A stretch of 63,981 nt of DNA, counting the filler, from Trypethelium eluteriae (taxonomy: Eukaryota): assembly GCA_051942245.1 (NCBI GenBank). It is 3 parts of 3 records of this genome, joined end to end, with 100 filler letters (N's around TTAATTAATTAA, not from the genome) between each part and the next. Parts side by side here need not be neighbours in the genome. Positions count along the whole stretch, not along the records: positions 21,612 to 43,100 come from JAVECL010000471.1; 2 more parts are not named here. One strand, given 5' to 3'. The translations under genes and the position numbers were made by a program. How positions within the stretch are numbered: the stretch's first letter is position 1; the number at the start of each line of letters is the position of its first letter. Below are positions 23,194 through 35,509 of this stretch, one piece after another. The notes beneath the pieces are model-generated. The model was given only the letters and a program-made list of their open reading frames with translations, did no database searches and was not told where the DNA came from.

Positions 23194-24670
23194 ATGATTA
23201 AAGCTGTCTCTGCCTTTTATTGGTTGTTGCTGTGCGGGCTTCTGCAACAGGTACGGGCGTACTATCTGGATGCATCTTGCACCTCAGGTCAAGGTATTCA
23301 TCAAACTTGGCAAGCTCAGCAGACGATACTGATTTAAAAGACAAACTCAATCTTATAAGGCGTATAACAGACAATGCGTTCAGATTCGCAGACTTAGCCC
23401 TACATGAGGTTCAACAAGAGCCTCAACGGCCCGGGGTGGTATCGCTGGTCCGAAACCTCTTCCCTGCCACAGTTAGAGACACCGGAATTCGAAGTGAGCA
23501 AGGGTCTTGGTGCTCGCTGTCACTCGGCGTTCGACGAATTCTGACGCGGATTCAGGCACCTTTGGGTCATTTCCTTGGCAGCAGGCAAAGACCCAAACGA
23601 ATGTGAAACCTAATCTGAATGATGCATTGGCAATCGTACGTCAATCCGGTCCTCTGATTCTCTTCCTATGAAGTTTTGCCGCTCAACACCCCCTTTAGGT
23701 GATCTATTGCGATACGAGTCGATTCTCCGAGAGGTCTGTCATATCGGGTTACTGAATGTCACCAAGGCATATGCTGATGTGGACCGCTCTCCTTCAGGGA
23801 TAATATCGGCGATGGTAAACTTTGGGATAATGGCAAGTTCGACTAACTCGCTTTGCTTTCTTTCCCCAGCAACTCGCTGTTTGCGTGCGATTACTGATCT
23901 CCAAAAGACTTGCAGGTAGCTGTCGATAAGGATGTCAAGACGGACTGCAAGAAACCATGGATATTTGCCTTTACTGTCAACCCAGAATTCTGGGTGAAAG
24001 TTGAAGGAGGAGCCGAGCGTAAGGTACAGCGATATAGCCAGATTACCTTTTGTCCATGGTTCCTAGAGTATGCGAACAAGCATCGATTTGAGTCCTCCTC
24101 GTCATTATCTGACTCTTTCTGGGCTAATTTGGGACGTGGTCTGGACACATTGGTAACAAAACTTCTGTTGACAAAGGCGGACCTCATGTCGCTTGCGGAT
24201 AAGGTGATGCTTCATGAGGTGAACCGAATTGAAATTCCAACCTTGCCGACGAATATTGACTGTTGCCAGTTAACTCATACCCGAGCTGGAGGCCAAAAGA
24301 TTGATGTGGGTGGATTTCGGAACGCCTACGGTTGGAAGAGTTGTAAGAAGCTGGCGGTCACGACTGGAGGTGACGCATCGGATAGAAACGCAGGTAAGCA
24401 AGTGTGCATTCGAGAGATGATGCCAGGCAGAAAGGGAGCTAACGACGGTGCTGTAGACTGTTATGCTTTATTCGGTTCTGGTATGGACTGATTCTACTAA
24501 TAGACGCAAAGTTTCATGACACTCTTTCTTGCTGACTATTATTAGCCGTTGATCTTTTACTCCGAGGATTTTCTATTGATGATGAAGGAAAGGTCACGGA
24601 ACCGAATACAGGAAATCCAAGTAGTGGCAAACGAAGTGTCGATCTTCGACCGTGGCTGTGGAGTAGTTAG
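23194..24670 (+). CDS. Secreted zinc metalloprotease, M35 (deuterolysin/Lys-N)-like HEXXH family, multi-exon
   Basis: Signal peptide MIKAVSAFYWLLLCGLLQQVRA. Spliced motifs ITFCP, MLHE|LTH, KIDV...AYGWKSCKKLA and RNA|DCYALFG. Last exon ends PWLWSS*. Confidence 0.8.
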
Positions 24671-25127
24671 GTTGTATATTATCCCCCAAAGCGTCGTTGT
24701 ACCGATTTCTGTAATTTTCGAGAGGCCGTAACGGACTGCGATTAATAGTGTTAGAGTGTAGTGAGCGGGTTGCAACAAGGAAAGGTCGGCGAGCCGCAGG
24801 AGATTCGGGACTTGCTCTCGCTTAGAGTATTGTAGATACTCTAGAATTTAATTAGGGTCTCCCCACGTTGTATGAGTTGAAAATAAAAACCTAAGGAGAT
24901 CCTGTAATTTTCTTCTAAACTCTACTAGACGCTTCATCTAAACTCGCAAAAAAGTATTGCTGGGGGACCTCCCAGACCTAAAGAGGTTAAAGATTCAAAT
25001 TTCACTTCCTTGGGCGTCTCGCGTTCTTCTGTGACCCGCGTGGCACAGCAGAGTCACATCTGTCTTCGTGTTCAAGATTACGCTGACCATGTAAGATCAC
25101 TTCATATTGTCCAAGTCCAGAGAGAAG

Positions 25128-26153
25128 ATGGAATGGAATTCATTCGGGTATGGCTTGCTTAAATACCCGTTAATTGCGCTGATCGAGTGCTTTTGTTGCC
25201 TATTTCCTGAAGCTGAGCGCCAGCGCCGTCGACGTAACGAGGCGAACAGTCAGTATCGCTATTGGGCTCCGCCACCGATAAGATCACCTCATATGCGAGG
25301 AATAGCTCTCACGACGCCTCTCCATGCAAGTTCGAATCTGGTGTACTTTGAGCAAGAAGAGTCCCTGCTTTTCACAAGACTACCAGCGGAATTGCGCAGG
25401 GAAATCTTCTGTCAAGCCCTAGGGGGTCTGTACATCTCGTTGAAAATGACGAGGGGCGACTCAGCACACTTTAACTACTCAATATGGCCAGCAGAGGATA
25501 GGCTAAAGCAGTGGGACCATCCGTTGTTTCAAAACAAAATGGGTTACGATGCTTTCACGTGTCGCAAGCAATTTCTGTCGCTGTTGCTAACTTGCCGCCA
25601 AATGTAAGCATATACGCTCTTACATTCTCTTTGCCCAAGATCCCGACTGATATAACGCAGCTATTCCGAAGCGATCGATGTTCTTTACTCACAGAACGTA
25701 TTCGATATGCCGTGGGCCACGGTTCTTGTGCATTTTCCTCAAATCCTGCCGACGCCGCGACTTAATGCAATCCGGCATCTTTATGTCGACTGTCATCTGC
25801 CTTCGGTCCCTGGTCGAGGTCAAACGGATAAATCGTGGAAGGAGATATGGTGCTCATTAGCTGCCATGCACGGACTGCAGGAGCTATATTTCAGGATAAT
25901 GCTCGACTGGGTGTACAAACAAGATTGGCTGGAACTGGAACCAAAAGTACTCGAGCCAGTGAAAACAGTCAGGGATCCACGTGAGTTTGAGGTACTTTTG
26001 CCCTTTGCAGAAGCTGCGCAGCGAATGGATGAGGCGGATCTCAGCGAATATTCTTGTCGATTCAGGCGACCGAATGAAGGCCTTTGTCCCCCGCCGAACT
26101 TTGATCGGTCTTGGGTGGGGATTTTATTCAGTCCTTCGCCGCGACCATATTAG
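25128..26153 (+). CDS. Fungal hypothetical protein with F-box-like N-terminal motif (DUF7730-like)
   Basis: QEESLLFTRLPAELRREIF..ALGG...LSLLLTCRQ, intron 25604-25660, then YSEAIDVLYSQNVFD. Confidence 0.75.
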
Positions 26154-26913
26154 TCAAGGCCTTGCCACAATCAGCAGGAATATAGACAACCGTCCCTGTT
26201 CAAAAGGCCGAGCAAGCTGTGGCGCTGCTCCAACTTTTTTTACGGTCGACCCCCCAGATAAGACCGAACAACAAGAATAATCGTCGTTCTGAAACTCGAC
26301 CGAGAGACAAACTAGAATGAATATGTGAAAGTGGCAGAAAGAAATGTGAGATCTGGGAGACCTAAAGGTTTCCCGGTAGGTATAATGCCAACGTCGTCCT
26401 GGACTGAAGTTAATCTTTCTGGGAATCTACTGCCTCCGACTTGACAGTAGACAAAATCGTCTCTCCGGAACTCTTCCTGTTGGAAAATACAGATATCGTC
26501 TGCATACGTCGAATGCTTTGCGGTAGTAGGGATGTCGAATATGCCATAGCAGACGATGATCCAAGTTGATAACACTTCGATCCATCACGCGGATTTTCAG
26601 GGATCTCGGAACAAATGAGAAGTCTAATTTGGTAGCTACAACAGCCTTGAGCTTTGAGATAGGCAACTTGAACGAGACATAGTGTACACTTCACGTAGTG
26701 ACCTGTAAAACGCTGGAAGTGCCAAAGTAATCAACATGGTAGCAGGTAATCGTAGCCATATACAGAACTCGAAGTGCAGATCACGTACGATGTTATCAAG
26801 CCGGAGCTTTAAGCCCCTTGAGTATCGCGCAGTCATCTCTTCTCCCACTATTGCCGCTTCAAAGAGTGCTTATCCAAGCCGCTCTGCGTATCAGCAATAC
26901 CATGGACACCGCT

Positions 26914-27639
26914 TTAATGGTCTGACTTCGCTTCGATCTCATCCGGCGATCGAATTGTCAGTTCCTTCACCTTCAGTATCGTATACCGGTGCTTGCTTCT
27001 TACTGTCCTCACGTGTCTCTGCCTCTGCTTCGTCTTCTCTTTAAATCTCATCGGTTCGCTTTCCGTTCCCACTACCACCGCCCGACACACAAATAACCGC
27101 TCATCCAGATATCCGTTTTTCCTCTTCGTCTTTCCGTTCCAGAGATGGTGATCAACCGCTCCTGCTTTTAGTGTGTAATCCCGCGATCCAATTGTAGATG
27201 CACGGTTCAAGCGCAAGACATCGCCAGGAGAGACGCCATGCATGAAGAAGGGCAACCGAACGATATCGCCTTGTGTGACGACGTAAGGGCGAGCATGAAT
27301 GTGTGCGGTTATGTAGTGTGGTTGCTGAGCGCGTAGGGAGGGGAGAAGCTCCTTGACTGAGTCGGCGATAGGAGTGGTGGCCTGCGAAGGAGCGATTGAG
27401 TTTGGTTGAGGGAGTCTAGCAGCTGAGGACGGAGCTGTAGATGTTTCTGAAGACTTGAGAGCAGCTCTGGGCGATGGTGAAATGTGCACACCGGAGTTGA
27501 GAAGGGGCTCTGGGACTTGGTCTGCTTCTGTACTGTGAGAAACAGTATTTATTAAGCGGGCGCGGCAGGGAAGCAAGAAAGTCGGGGGTAGCACTGAACG
27601 CGCGTCAAGGAGACTACGCCGTACAGTCCTAGAAAGCAT
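26914..27639 (-). CDS. MRPL49: Mitochondrial ribosomal protein bL21m
   Basis: Arg/Ser-rich presequence MLSRTVRRS. HYITAHIHARPYVVTQGD.VRLPF...GDVLRL...GSRDYTL...KTKQRQRHVRTVRSKHRYTIL. Confidence 0.9.
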   Translation of the reverse strand: MLSRTVRRSLLDARSVLPPTFLLPCRARLINTVSHSTEADQVPEPLLNSGVHISPSPRAALKSSETSTAPSSAARLPQPNSIAPSQATTPIADSVKELLPSLRAQQPHYITAHIHARPYVVTQGDIVRLPFFMHGVSPGDVLRLNRASTIGSRDYTLKAGAVDHHLWNGKTKRKNGYLDERLFVCRAVVVGTESEPMRFKEKTKQRQRHVRTVRSKHRYTILKVKELTIRSPDEIEAKSDH

Positions 27640-27824
27640 GATTGTCAAGCGGTGTCGCCAGCTCTGCAAGATGGAACAGTTGTATGCAGTACTCGGAATT
27701 GTTATTGCGGAAAATTGATTCGGGAGAAGACAAAGTTGGGAGTTTGCACGTAATGCAAACATGCTCTTCGCCGCCCCGCCGAACTTTTTGAATTGTAGTC
27801 CCACCAGCATATTTCTTTACAATA

Positions 27825-27835
27825 CATCTCATCGC
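27825..27835. promoter_or_regulatory. PAC-like element (GCGATGAGATG) in the MRPL49/NSA2 bidirectional promoter
   Basis: CATCTCATCGC about 55 bp upstream of the NSA2 ATG, with RRPE-like GAAAATT and AACTTTTT nearby. Confidence 0.6.
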
Positions 27836-27888
27836 CGCCCGCGCACCAGGACAGGTCTTCCATTCAGTCCGACTTTGGTGTCTTCGCC

Positions 27889-28770
27889 ATGCCTCAAAAT
27901 GAGTATATTGAGCGTTGGCAAAAGCAGCATGGGCGCAGGTATCCCGCTCTTCTACTTGACTTCCTCCGTAACCTGATTAACAACTTCTAGGCTTGACTAC
28001 GAGGAGCGAAAACGCAAACGCCTTGCTCGCGAAAGCCACAAGCAATCCGATGATGCACAGAATCTGCGTGGTCTGCGGGCCAAACTGTACCAGCAGAAAC
28101 GGCATAAGCAGAAGATACAGATGAAGAAGCAAATCAAAGCCAACGAGGAGAAGAACGTCAAGTCTTCCGAGCCCGCCACCGACAACCAGACCCCGATCCC
28201 ACAATACTTGCTTGATCGATCGAACCAGACCAATGCCAAGGCTCTCTCATCTGCAATCAAAAACAAGCGTGCTGAGAAGACTGCCAAATTCAGCGTCCCT
28301 CTCCCGCGCGTCAAAGGCATCACCGAAGAGGAGATGTTCAGTGTGGTCAAAACATCGAGAAACTCCAATAGGAACTGGAAGCGTGTTGTGACCAAGCCCA
28401 CATTTGTTGGTGACTCTTTTACAAGAAGGCCAGTCAAGTACGAACGCTTCATCCGGCCGATGGGTCTCCGGAAGAAGGTTTGTAACTGTACGCACCCAGA
28501 GCTCGGTGTGACTGTGCAGTTGCCCATAATTGGGGTGAAGAAGAATCCGCAAAATCCCTTGTACACGCAGTTAGGTGTCCTGACCAAGGGCACGATCATC
28601 GAGGTCAACGTAAGTGAGTTGGGTATGGTGACGGCCGGAGGAAAAGTGGTTTGGGGGCGATGGGCTCAAATCACGAATAATGTAGAAAATGATGGCTGCG
28701 TCAATGCGTGAGTCCTCTCACATCCCGCCGCGTGATTTCGCTAACCTGCTCTAGTGTTTTGCTTGTTTAA
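27889..28770 (+). CDS. NSA2: Ribosome biogenesis protein Nsa2
   Basis: MPQNEYIE...[18 protein letters not shown]...[23 protein letters not shown]...[17 protein letters not shown]...DGCVNA|VLLV*. Two introns. Confidence 0.97.
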
Positions 28771-29269
28771 TGATTTGTTAAGTCTGCATTGCTTGGCGTT
28801 CTGGGCGTGGCATGGCAAAGTACAAACAGAGCTGCGTCAGTGGCCGTACTGGCTCCTCCGAATGATACGGATGCATTCAGCCGAAGACTTCATTACTTGA
28901 ACAGTTTCCATGAACAGAGCAATAGATATCCAATCAAATTTGGGGCCAGATGGCATATCCCGACTGTCTGGTATTGTTTGTCTTTTTGATTTAGCAATAT
29001 ACACGATGGACATGTCCACGTAGACCTCCTACGGACTGCTTACAGCCTAGCCCCTGTCATTACTTCTCAGTGCTTTTTAATCGTGAAAATGCTGGGTAGG
29101 GCAGAAGAGAACTCCAGGCTCCCTCGCTAAAACAACACACTCAAAGTCTCCCACGACTTGTACGTATCCAAGTCAACCACCAACGACCAGTTAGAAATAG
29201 GGTGATTCCTTTTCAATCCAGAGCCTGCCGTTAAAAAGGACAGGGTGTGAAAGGTGGAATGGAAAATGC

Positions 29270-31935
29270 TTATCCTCGTTCCATCATTTCTGCAATCTTC
29301 GCGAAAAAGCTAGACGGATACTGTCGCACCTCCTCTTCACTTGGAAATCCTCTCTTCGTGTCCCTACATCGGTCAACCACACGAGCAATGACCTGCCCCA
29401 GGAGCTCTTGACTGATTGGTATTGCCTCGTAATCATGACGTTGTCCAAATTTGTTGTCGGTAGTGGTGTAACCCTCAGGATAGAGAAATGGGTCTCGCTC
29501 GGACAGCAGATCTGCAACAGTCGGACGTTTCGTTTGGTCTCGGTTGAGGCATTTTCGCAGCGTACTACGTAGTGCGTGGGGAACCCACGAGCCTCCGACG
29601 CCTCGCTCCGGGAAGCTGATTTCGACATTGGGATTCGTGATCGCCATAATCCGATGAACTTGATTGGGGATATGTGCGAAGGGCGGCCGTCCGTAGGTCA
29701 TCTGGTAGAGGATACATCCCAGTGACCAAACATCCGACGGCTTGCCAATCTTCATCATTTTCCCCGCTGCGCCAGTGCCCGTTGGCATGCCCTTCTGCAC
29801 CGGCACACTGGCGTTCGTGTCAATGATGCTCTCGGGTGACATGTAATTCGGTGTGCCGACATGAGATTCACGGTGGACGTTCATGGTGATGTCGGTCTCT
29901 ATGCGGTTCGCGATCCCGAAATCAATGAGCTTGAGGTGACCTTGGACTAGTAAGAAGTTGGCAGGCTTGAGGTCGGAGTGCACTATGTCGTGAGCGTGGA
30001 CGGCATCGAGGCAGCAGAGCATTTCGCGCCAATAGAAGCGTGTGAAGGCGAGATCGAGACCGGGAGTGCCGTTATCTGAAGGTCGATCGGCGTCGCTTCT
30101 TGACGAGGATGTAGATGCAGAGTTCAAGCGGGAGTTAATTAGGCGGTTAAGATCCACTTCACCCATCTCCATGAGCTATTTCCGATTAGTTGACGAAGGT
30201 CTCTCCAGAGTTGCTGATGTGAACTCACCACGCTAAGGCTTTGCTTCTCCTCGTCCAATTCCCAGTCGAGTAATCGTACCACTCTGTCCACATTTGACAA
30301 CCGCTGCAGCAATTCGATCTCACCCTTGTATCCCCGTACTGCCATCTCATCGCAATCCTCCAGCTTGACTTTCTTCAATGCAAACATCCTTTGGTTCTCC
30401 GCCATGACCCTGTATACATCACTACTACCGCCTTTTCCAATTTTACCCATGAGAGTAAAGGCCTTACCATTGACAAGGACATGACTTCGCTTTTTCTTCG
30501 ACTTGACAGCTGAGGCTCCGGCTTGTGCAGTGGCGGTCTCCAGCACAGTCATTTTTGGTGGCGGTGGAGGAACATATCGATGGGGTGTATTTTTGCTAAG
30601 TGGAGCGAGAGCGTCACGACGAGGCGACGAGGGACGATTTGGAACGGGTGTGTCGGCGACTTGACGAGGCTTTTCGGCATCGGAAAGCACTGCAACTTTC
30701 TCAGATCTCCCAAGTATCTTGAACTCCTGGTCCTTGTTGCGCTTAAAAGTGGGAGGTGGTTCATTCTCCTTATCTCCACTGATGGCGGAACGCGGAGGCG
30801 GAAGGGCATATGCTCGCTCGCTAGTACTAGGTCGACTTTGCTCTGAAACAGCAGCAATGGGTTTCGCGGAGTCTTCACCACTCGGTCGTTGGTTGTCTGC
30901 TTTCGATGGCGGCCGAGCAAAGTCGTGCACTGAGACCGGTGGGTGGTTGATTCCGGGGCTCAAACTTCTCTCCTTCGACCGTGCTCGTGGTGGATCCTCG
31001 TGCGGCATGTCTTCTGCACCTCCCGTAGCCAAATTTATATACTCGTCATTAGGACTGTGATTCTCGTCACTGTCTCGTCGCCGGAATCCTCTTCGAATTG
31101 GAGCGCCTCGAAGAAAGCTCCCCGCCATGGGTCTTTTGAACTTCATAGACCCAGGAGGGCCGCCCGCTTCGGCAGATGGTTGCCTTGACCGGCCAATCGC
31201 TGAACCAGTGTACTTATTCAGCGCATCTTCCTTGCCCGTGTCGTTTCTATCCAAACTTGCAGAGGCATTGCGAGCATTGTCCCCCGACGGTCCAGTTGCT
31301 TGGCCAGCAGATGAACCCGGTCTGCTTGTTGATGTGGCATTCGATGTATTAGACCCAGCTCTTGACCTGCCTACACGAATCGCACGCGGAGCTGGAGCTG
31401 GAGTTACCAACTCGTGTAATTTATTCTCCCTAGAGATTGACGTTTGTTGAGTTGACGTCCCGGAAACTGATGTTGCTCTGCGTGAACTTCCTGAAGCTTG
31501 CGCACTACCGACGCGGACCACTCTTGGGGATGTGCGCTCGCTATTTTGCGAAGTATTGAGAAGGTTCGGGGACGGTCTCCGGGATATGCGCAAACTGGGT
31601 GCTCGAGAAGGTGTATCCGCGCTCCGAGGTTGAGAAGCTGCCCTCATTTGCCTGACTGGACTCTCTTTGACTGGAGAGGATTTTCCTGCCGCCGACCCAT
31701 CATTTTCCAACAGAGCTTTCGTGAGCGCGCTGAACTTCATCGGTTGAGGAACTTCATCGTCAGAACTCTCTCCTCCCACGTCGATGCGCTGCAGGGCGGG
31801 AGCATTGGCGTGAAATCCATCGGATTGTCCAAGTACAGACCAGGGCGATTGACGTGGAAGCTGAGGGCGTGTCGGTATTTTCCTGTGTGCAAGGCTGTCG
31901 TTATTGTAGTGCTGCGAAGCTAAAAGGGAAGCCAT
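29270..31935 (-). CDS. MPS1: Spindle assembly checkpoint dual-specificity kinase
   Basis: Disordered N-terminus, then IGKGGSSDVYRV...FALKKV...GYKGEI.LL, intron 30228-30176, FYWREML...HSDLKPANFLLV.G.LKLIDFGIA...VGTPNYMSPE...GKPSDVWSLGCILYQM.YG.PPF. Confidence 0.93.
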
Positions 31936-32574
31936 CTACTGCCGCAGGCTATGTAAACGAATGTCGTGATCGATGGGTATGGCCAGCCGGTGGCAAGATA
32001 CAATTGCCATGTATCAGATGCCTCGTATTATGCTGCGCGTCCTTGAAGTCGAAGCAATCCAAAATCTGTCGGGCCACATTGAGGAATTCGAGGTACGGAG
32101 GCGCGGGTCGCGATAATGGACGGTTCGGCTTTTCTGAGGGTGTCGCGTTTGCCGATGTTTGATCACATTGCCAGGGCAACCGCGCTATTATCGCGTTCGG
32201 CCTCTCCATCTTCTTCCACTTCACTTCGGAGATGCTCAAAAAAATGATTTGAGTCCTGATAATACCTCAGCTCGAACCGCATCAGTGGCTAATTATTTGA
32301 ATATCCAGCTATTATCATCTTGTGTCGACGCGCTGGACTACAAAATTCCTCCAACGACTAGTGTCAATCGGTGCAATGTTTTGCTTAGTGCACTAGGGCT
32401 GCATAACGAAGGAGAGGCATCGCTCGCATACGAAACTAAGCCACCACAATTTACAGATAATTCATCTACTCGAAGCCATCCGGCCCGGAAGATGTCCAGA
32501 GTAGTCATCATTACCTGTAATATGGAGGCTCTTTGCTTTCCAGACCATTGATTCTTGTTTGTTCTTTGATTCAG

Positions 32575-34550
32575 CTACAGCTTCGCATTTTCGTCTTGTA
32601 GGATGAACAAATTTCTCTTTGGGTTCTCTGGGTCTTGATGTACATTTCCCATTGCACCTATCGGTTCTTGAATTTTACTCGCAAGTTGCTGCAGGGTCTT
32701 TTGATCCCCGTGGTTCGCCAAAAAACGTGTTCCAGTATCCTTGAGACGGGCAATTATATAAGCTCGGAGGAGCGTGTTATCGCGATTAAACTCCACGGTG
32801 TATGTCTAGCAAGGCAACTGTCAGCTGAGTTGCGATAAGACCCACAGTGGAAGCCTTGATGGCGCTTTGCTTACTTCTACTACTCCAAGACCTTTGGGAT
32901 GCGACTCGATAGGTGGTGAGGAGAAGTCCGTGATCTTTTCTGGCAGAGCATTGCGCTCCGGGTATCCCGATTTGCTTTTAGGGGGTCGGGATGAAAGGCA
33001 AATGGCGTGTTGATAGGTGAGGACACCCCCATTCGCAAGTACGAGCCCGTGATGGCCATTTCCCCTCCTCAGCTGACGGACCATCTCAGTGATAGCCTTA
33101 CACGCCATCAGTACCTTCTCAACTATACGAGAGCATTCGATGATGTCTTACATGCATTGAGTAGTTGTTGCCTGCGCCTCCAAAGGATGTAAGTCCTCCG
33201 AGAAGAGTGATGGGCTTCGGCGGAGACGTAATTGACAAGCCGAGATGTCGGCATGCGATTTTCGGGACAATGGGGAAGCAGCTTAGACGACATTAACTCC
33301 GCATGCCTGGGAAAGAGAAAGGGCCACAATCTTGCACATACGAATAGAAGTCAAATAGATCGATCTCATCTTTGCCGATTTTCGATTCTGCAAGCGCGGC
33401 GTCCAATGATCTCGAAATGGCAGAGCTTGAATGAAAGTTGGGCCGTTCCCAGACTAGTAAAATTAGAATGCCTCAGAACATAGAGTTTATAAGGAATCGA
33501 GGAACGAACAATTGTCGCTATCTCTGGTACCCGCGCCAGCAAGTGGATAGATCCAACGCCTCTGGTCTATTCCTAGCTCTTGAGCATAATCTGTGGTTGT
33601 TAAAATACAAGCAGCAGCGAGATTTACGGTGTTGAATGCATTCATGAGCAGCGGATCTGTTGAAGCCGTCATTAATGCCATATGTAAGTAAACTCTGAGA
33701 ACTCAGCTAACATGGGAAGCAAATCATTCGGTTTCTTTTTGTGACATTCCCAATTGCCTCCGCGTCATCCGCCGGGCGTCCGTAATTCCATGCGTGAGGG
33801 TTTTGCTCAGCTACCTTAGCGAACTCGGCATAAAGTTGGGCTGATTCCCGGTGGTTTTCTTCGATGGACTGACCTAAATGGGCTCGAAGGCCGTTTTCGT
33901 ATAGAGGATAAATGTGGATTGGATTGCCAATAGAATGTATGGCGCCCAGACCTTCGACATCGTGAGTGAAACTTGAGGGAGAAGCCTGCCGTAGGAACAT
34001 ACTGTCTCCCAGCCCCCGGGTTGTAGGAGAAAACACAGAGTCTATGCTTTCTCCAACGCTTGTCCATCCAGGGGGAGGCAGCTTCTTCGCAGCTACACAG
34101 CCGGTCACTAAAGTCGAACAGGCACTTCAGCATTGCTATCTTGATTTTAGTTGCTAACGGCTTCTACATACGCGATGCCAGAGCTTCGCCACCTGTTATT
34201 ATTGCAACTTTGCTCTGATTGAGTGACACGCGGCGCGCAGCATCGTCAAACAATTTTGCTGGCTGGTTTCCCCCGTGCTCACTATATTTTCTGTGATGTG
34301 GATTAATGCCGAGTTGATGACATAGGAGACCTGGGAGGTCAGTATATGGCCATGTCCAGGTTCGGACAACATCAATACTATCGATCTGAGATCGTAATTT
34401 CTGCTCGACCTGATTGGAAAGCTGGACGTCTTCGATCGCCTTGCAGATGGCTTGAAACATGAGTTGCAAAGGTTCCACGGCGTCTTCGGGTTTCAGTGAC
34501 CTGTTTACTACATCTCCAACTCCAATAATGATCGGTACCGAGTGACCCAT
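32575..34550 (-). CDS. Thiolase-like (acetyl-CoA acetyltransferase-like, TLP1-type C-terminal extension) protein with PTS1
   Basis: PIIIGVG...HGGNQP...GGEALAS, YPLYENG, NTVNLAAACIL, GGLTSFGGAGNNYSMH|AITEMVRQLR, GLVLANGG.LTYQH. Ends NAKL*. Many introns. Confidence 0.85.
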
Positions 34551-35509
34551 TATTGAGGCATCAACACGTTGTAGGACTTACTTCCATACTCGACAAGATG
34601 TGCCTAGATGGAGGCTTGCTATTTCTTTTCAGTAGAATACTACGCAGATCGAGGCTAAGAGGGGACCGGGGTTTGCCGAGGCCCAGTAAGGCACGGCCGG
34701 GAGTTACTGTAAAATATCACCCAACACGGACGTAGCCCATATTCCTGGAAAACTTTCCGACTAAAATCTTGCGCAAGGGCGAGTTGCGTTAGAGAGAAAG
34801 TTGCTCTTATACTAGGAGTTCTTTCGAAGATAATACTTTGCCGGGTCGCAAGCCAGATCGAGGCTTTCACAACGCCTTCAAGCGCAAGCTACACGGAATG
34901 TGAAACATACGGTACCCTATGCCTTTCTAATCTTTCTTCCGCAGTCCATTCCTAGAGACATGGCTGGTAAGACTCCAACAACAATCTCGTACCCATCTTG
35001 CGGTACCACTAGAGATGCTGACTAGGGCGCATGTCGAGTTGCACTTCCATCGATGCACTAAAAATGAGGTGAGACCCCTTTGCAGCACGAGTCAGACTCA
35101 AAAAGCAAAACAACGCGCCCCGAGAGCTATTCGCGCTTGCTAGTGGCAAACTTCATATCTCTTGCTGCTTTGCCATTGTAGTTTTTTACTATCGCTGTCA
35201 TAAACATTTCGGAATCGCAAAAGTCTTCTTAAGTGACAAATGTATCAGGAGGTTCAGGGCTGACCAAACTTGATTAGACGCTTTGTTTCAAGATGCCTGT
35301 AAGGGATTCTTACGATGTTGGCACCGAGGAAAGCCGACCCAAAGTGGCTAAAAGGGGCTGATTAGCCTAGGCCTTGACGCTCGTATAAGTAGTCAAAATC
35401 CTTATAGATGCTTCGGGCTCAGTCCACTCCCTTTAGTCGCTCACTGTCGTAGCTGTCTTTGCCATTGGTCTAGCATCTCTCTGTGTACTTCTTTCTTCTA
35501 ATCATAATC

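Noticed and set aside
24830..25000. TpA-rich patch suggesting a RIP-decayed repeat
   Set aside because: Too short, with no TE similarity or termini visible; compatible with ordinary terminator/promoter DNA.
26312..26575. DIPTTAKHSTYADDICIF resembles a LINE reverse-transcriptase YADD motif
   Set aside because: No upstream PQGS motif or other RT blocks in any frame, and the ORF is only 87 aa. Probably chance; a tblastn against TE libraries would settle it.
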